A stretch of 64,000 nt of DNA, taken from Octopus sinensis (Eukaryota). Position numbers and translations under genes: made by a program. The notes below the pieces were generated by a model. It made no database searches and was not told the origin of the DNA. It saw nothing but the letters and a program-made list of their open reading frames with translations. The stretch is from assembly GCF_006345805.1 (NCBI RefSeq), contig NC_043002.1:24924001-24988000 (forward strand), given 5' to 3'. Below are positions 60,107-64,000 of the stretch, piece by piece; positions within the stretch are counted from its first letter, which is position 1; every line of letters begins with the position of its first letter.

Positions 60107-60725
60107 GCCTGGAAATTTTATTTCTGTAAAATGTTGGGAGTGGGTAAAATTTCCGAGGCTTCTACCTCACCCCACTCCGTTTTTCGGACCGCAAAAAGGG
60201 TTTTGTCACATATTAGGATGTCACAGGAATTCATTCAACGAAAAAAAAAAAAATTCCAATGATTCCGAGACGGGGGGTCTCTCCCTTTCGTCCCCTCTTT
60301 TCTGAACCAAAATAAGGGATTTGCGTGGAGTCAAGTACCCTGACCTCCTAATATGCTGCAAATCCCATATTTTGGTTCGGAAGTGGGAGTGAGCGAAGAC
60401 GGTCAGACTATTTAATTCCACGCCAAAAAATCCGATTTTTTTCTTTTCCATAGTGAAAATTCCGGGACGAGGGAATTTCCGAACCAAAATAAATGATTTG
60501 CAGCATATTAGATCAGAGTAATTGATTCCACGCAAAAAATCCGAATGTTTTTCCTTAGTGAAAATTCCGGTGGGGACCCCCACTTCGCTCAGCCCCACTT
60601 CCGAACCAAAATATGGGATTTGCAGCATATTAGGAGGTCAGGGTACTTGACTCCACGCAAAAAATCCGAGTTTTTTTTTCTTAGTGAAAATCGTGCGGGT
60701 GTTACTCTGAAAATTTACCCCACGG
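60107..60725. repeat. Composite repeat family of 33243-34075 with internally amplified subunits
   Basis: Shared motifs; ccgaaccaaaat..gatttgcagcatatta repeated three times. Confidence 0.75.
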
Positions 60726-60735
60726 GGTAGACACA

Positions 60736-61770
60736 CTACTGGTTGTTGTTGATTTCTCGCGCTGTCGGCTGTACTTCGGTAATTTGTGCGCGCGACGTGG
60801 CTGCTATTTCTAGCGGTGTGGTCGTTTTTTTCGGTGGCGTCCTTGCCTTTTCTGCTGCGTTTCCCTTGAAAGTTTCTTTTTTCTTACAATTCGACTTTAT
60901 GTAGCCTTTCTCGCTACATTTATAGCACCTCGGCTTTCGCCCCTCGACTACCACCATCAGGCTGGTATCTTCTACAATTATAATTGAGGTGGGCTTTTCT
61001 TCTAAATCGGTGGGGTTTGCATGGATGACCAGCTCTAAGGCCTGTCCAATCCAGTTCATGTGGTGGTATCTCTTCGTGTGTAGAATGGTAATTTTTCCTC
61101 TCTGCCCATGAGGATAGCGGCTATCAGCCAGGCCACATCTATTTCGGGTGCTATATCACTAACTCTGACTTTTGAAATTCTCCTTCCTAAGTAAGTAGGC
61201 AGGAGAACTACCTCTTCCGACTTTAATGTCGTTGTTGAATGTTCCCTGGCTTTTTCTTCGCTAGGGAAACGCACCTCTACAGTGCCGAAGCGACTACCCT
61301 TCGCTATATAACTTGTTTGTTGCCATATCGACCTCAAGCATTTCTCTGTGGTTTCCCTCGTCACGAAGTCAATTTTTCTATTTTTGACGCGGTAAGTCTT
61401 ATGTAGCAGTGTTTTTCTCTTCGCCGTGTTGATTAATTCACTGGGAGGGAGCAACTTCACATTTTCACCTTCCTTTTGTAAACTTTGATACTTTTTAAAA
61501 ATCGTCCTTGTTTATTTGAATATTTTCACAGGAGCGAGTTGCTGCACTCGCAAAATTAACTTCAGACTTTTCCGCTTGTGTATCCTCGCTAGACATTTTC
61601 TCGTCTGCCTTTGTAGCGACGCCTCTATATCTTTACCGCTCTCCTCCCTCATGCTCCACCCTATGCCTTGAAACAAATTCTCGATGTTTTCCTCTGACGC
61701 CGAAAAAATTGTTGATAGAATCATGCTTTTCGCTATTTCCCCATTGAAATAAGGGGGAAAGGGCAGCAAA
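60736..61770 (-). mobile_element. Tx1-like LINE ORF1 relic (RRM-like region plus degenerate zinc knuckle)
   Basis: GTVEVRF..EEKA...LLPTYLGRR..VRV; GRKPRCYKCSEKGYIKSNC (CCHC with H to Y); frameshifted. Confidence 0.6.
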
Positions 61771-61959
61771 ATTCTGCTGTAACAGCAGAAAAGAAGTGGT
61801 CTCGGTAAATTTTCATAATCTTAAGCACAAAAACAATCTTTCACAGTGGAGCAAAGAGCAATACGACCGAAAAACAATTCCAGTATGTGGCAAAGCAACG
61901 GGTAGGGAGAGAGAGAGAGGTGAAAACTTCGTTGTAGACTATCTGACACTTACTGTCTG

Positions 61960-63045
61960 TCTGTCTGCCTCTCTCTTTAGGCTAAAAATGCGCAGACATG
62001 CACTCAGGCTTAGGCACCTCTGGCTTTACCTGAACGGTGAGCAGGTGTGGTCTCCGTTCGTCAAGCTGTTATTGCCACAGTTCACATCGTTTACCAAACT
62101 GAACCCATGGATCAAGTGTAGACCGAGGTTGGGCGTGTGGCATGTAGAGTGCCATCAGGCACTTGTGCTTCTCTCCCAGTCGGGCAACGCCGGTGGCGGG
62201 GGTACTACCTCGTTCTTCTATAGAGGGTTAGTAGAGTTTAAGTGTGACGACGTCCTGGGAGAAACCCTAGGCTTCGACGAAGATCAACTGGCCAGCCTGT
62301 TCCAGAGAACATTCGGTCCGGGGCCTATGGATAATTACCAAAAGTCCCTGGCCTGGCAATGTTACAGAGGAGCTTTACCGGTTCGAGATAAGCTCTTTAG
62401 ACATGGGTGTGCACCTTCGTCGGTTTGTGCAAGATGTGAGAGGGACAGTGAAACTCCTGCACGCGATTGTGCAATGCCCCAAGGTGACTGAACTCTGGGC
62501 TTATGTTGAACACCTGCTGTCGCATTCGAGAAGAGTACAACTGTCGAGCGAATCTGTAATTAAGATTGTTCCGCCCACCTCCCCGAATAGGGAGGATTGA
62601 GCCAGTTTTCTCTCGGTAGTTGCTATGGCGAAAGAAGTAGTATGGAAGACGAGAGTGAAAGGAATTGCAACAGTCATGTTTATCTCCAGTCTCGAGCTAA
62701 TCGACTTTTTCGTTTTCCACATGAAACGGAAAATAAGGCCTGAGAAGATATACCTGTCGCAAAGTGTGTTTCGTAAAAGATGGAAGTATATAGCGAGTAT
62801 GTTGCGAGTGAAAGAACCTGTTTAATCGAGAACGTAAAAAAAGGAGAAAGCAAAGTCTTCCGTGTGAGTATGTGGTTTGTGGGGTCAACCGCGTCCTCTG
62901 CTTCATTTTTTGTTAACCACTCATTCTCATTTAATTGTATATATTTTAATTGTTTATTCATACATTTCGTCTCATTCGATACCCTGACCCCAACGTTTGT
63001 TTTGTCTGTCCCGGTATTGTCCCTTCTTTTTAGGCATGTGTTTGT
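61960..63045 (+). mobile_element. Tx1-clade LINE 3' fragment
   Basis: MRRHALRLRHLW, SLAWQCYRGALPVRDKL, CARC, ET..HAIVQCP, AMAKEVVWKTRVKG; homologous to 30421-31720. Confidence 0.85.
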
Positions 63046-63160
63046 GTATGTGTGCGCATGTATATGTATGTTTGTATGTATATGATTGTGCCCTGTATCT
63101 CTCTTGGCATACCAGCAAACCATAAAATCGCACCAGTCAGATCACTACTTCTATGCCCAT

Positions 63161-63164
<4 letters not shown>

Positions 63165-63194
<30 letters not shown>

Positions 63195-63236
63195 TGTATG
63201 TATGTATGTATGTATGTATGTATGTATGTATGTATG
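63165..63236. repeat. (ATGT)n microsatellite
   Basis: Direct reading. Confidence 0.95.
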
Positions 63237-63619
63237 TTGGTGCGTTTGTGTCTCTGTATTATAGCTGTTCAGCAGAAGAGACTGATAGAATAAGCACCAG
63301 GCTTACAGGGAATAAGTCCAGGGGTCAAGGTCTTCGACTAAAGGGTGGGTCCAGCTAGTATATATTATTTTGTTTGAGTAGAGCCATTCTGTTTTGATGC
63401 CTTGTTCATTAACATACTCGCCGGTTCAATTTCCACTCATTTACTTATTTTTTCTTAAATTTTCGTTGCTTCTTACAAACTTTTTCAGTAGTCGTTGACT
63501 CTGTCCGTTATTGGAGCTGTCCCGGGCACAAAAACAAAAAAAAAAAAAAAAGAAATACGTACAAAAATACGGAGTTTATGATTTCCTCTTTGTGTGTGTG
63601 TGTTCTTTATAATCGTTTA

Positions 63620-63990
63620 GAACAAGTAATTTTACACCAATTACACTATTTTTTAATTTTTTTCCGGCCCGGGTCAAACACCATAGTTTAAAGGCCATGG
63701 ACTGAAGATGTGAATTTTCCGAGTCCTCTCCCCCACCCCCCTTTCGCGAGCGCGCATTTTTTTTTTGTCATATTCGTTTAGAGCAAGTTGTTTTACACCT
63801 ATTACACTATTTTTTTTTGTTTTTGTGCCTGGGTCAGCTCCTCAGACGCTTTCGGAAATTCACGATGTGAATTTTCCGAAGCCTCTCCCCACCCCCCTTT
63901 CGGGCGCGCATTATTTTTTTCATATTCGTTTAGAGGAAGTTGTTTTACACCTATTACACTATTTGTTTTTGTTTTTTATGACCGGGTGTA
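63620..63990. repeat. ~160-bp tandem repeat, probably part of a DNA-transposon-like element continuing past the window
   Basis: gatgtgaattttccga...cccccctt...catattcgtttagag..gttgttttacacctattacactattt occurs twice. Confidence 0.75.
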
Positions 63991-64000
63991 ACGCTTTAGT

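Noticed and set aside
60736-63045. Divergent Tx1 ORF1 (minus) and ORF2 3' end (plus) as one 5'-inverted twin-primed insertion
   Set aside because: About 200 bp of unrelated sequence at the junction, the inverted part does not reach the ORF2 breakpoint, and no TSD was found.

Overview
AT-rich, repeat-dense animal genomic DNA. It is most likely octopus (coleoid cephalopod); this is inferred from the effector-less multi-C2H2 genes and the SINE/LINE landscape, not verified by search. Host genes: two intact single-coding-exon C2H2 zinc-finger genes (9 fingers on minus at ~1 kb; 17 fingers on plus at ~39-40 kb), a decayed third paralogue (~17 kb), and a GT31 (beta-1,3-galactosyltransferase-like) gene on minus at ~52-53.7 kb with substituted catalytic motifs. 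The rest is mostly mobile-element debris: RTE-X, CR1, Tx1 and R4/Dong LINE fragments, several tRNA-derived SINE families with swappable tails, mariner, hAT, TTAA, Merlin/Mutator-like and foldback MITEs, Helitrons, a probable solo LTR and microsatellites. Most notable: (1) a minimal hammerhead-ribozyme motif in a Penelope-like fragment; (2) a conserved splice acceptor, 4-codon uORF and ~190-nt leader shared by both intact ZF genes 37 kb apart; (3) a probable GT31 pseudoenzyme; (4) a SINE sharing its 3' tail with a Tx1 LINE; (5) a stack of retroelements in (TAA)n repeats. All alignments were done by eye; repeat boundaries are approximate unless TSD/TIR bases are quoted.
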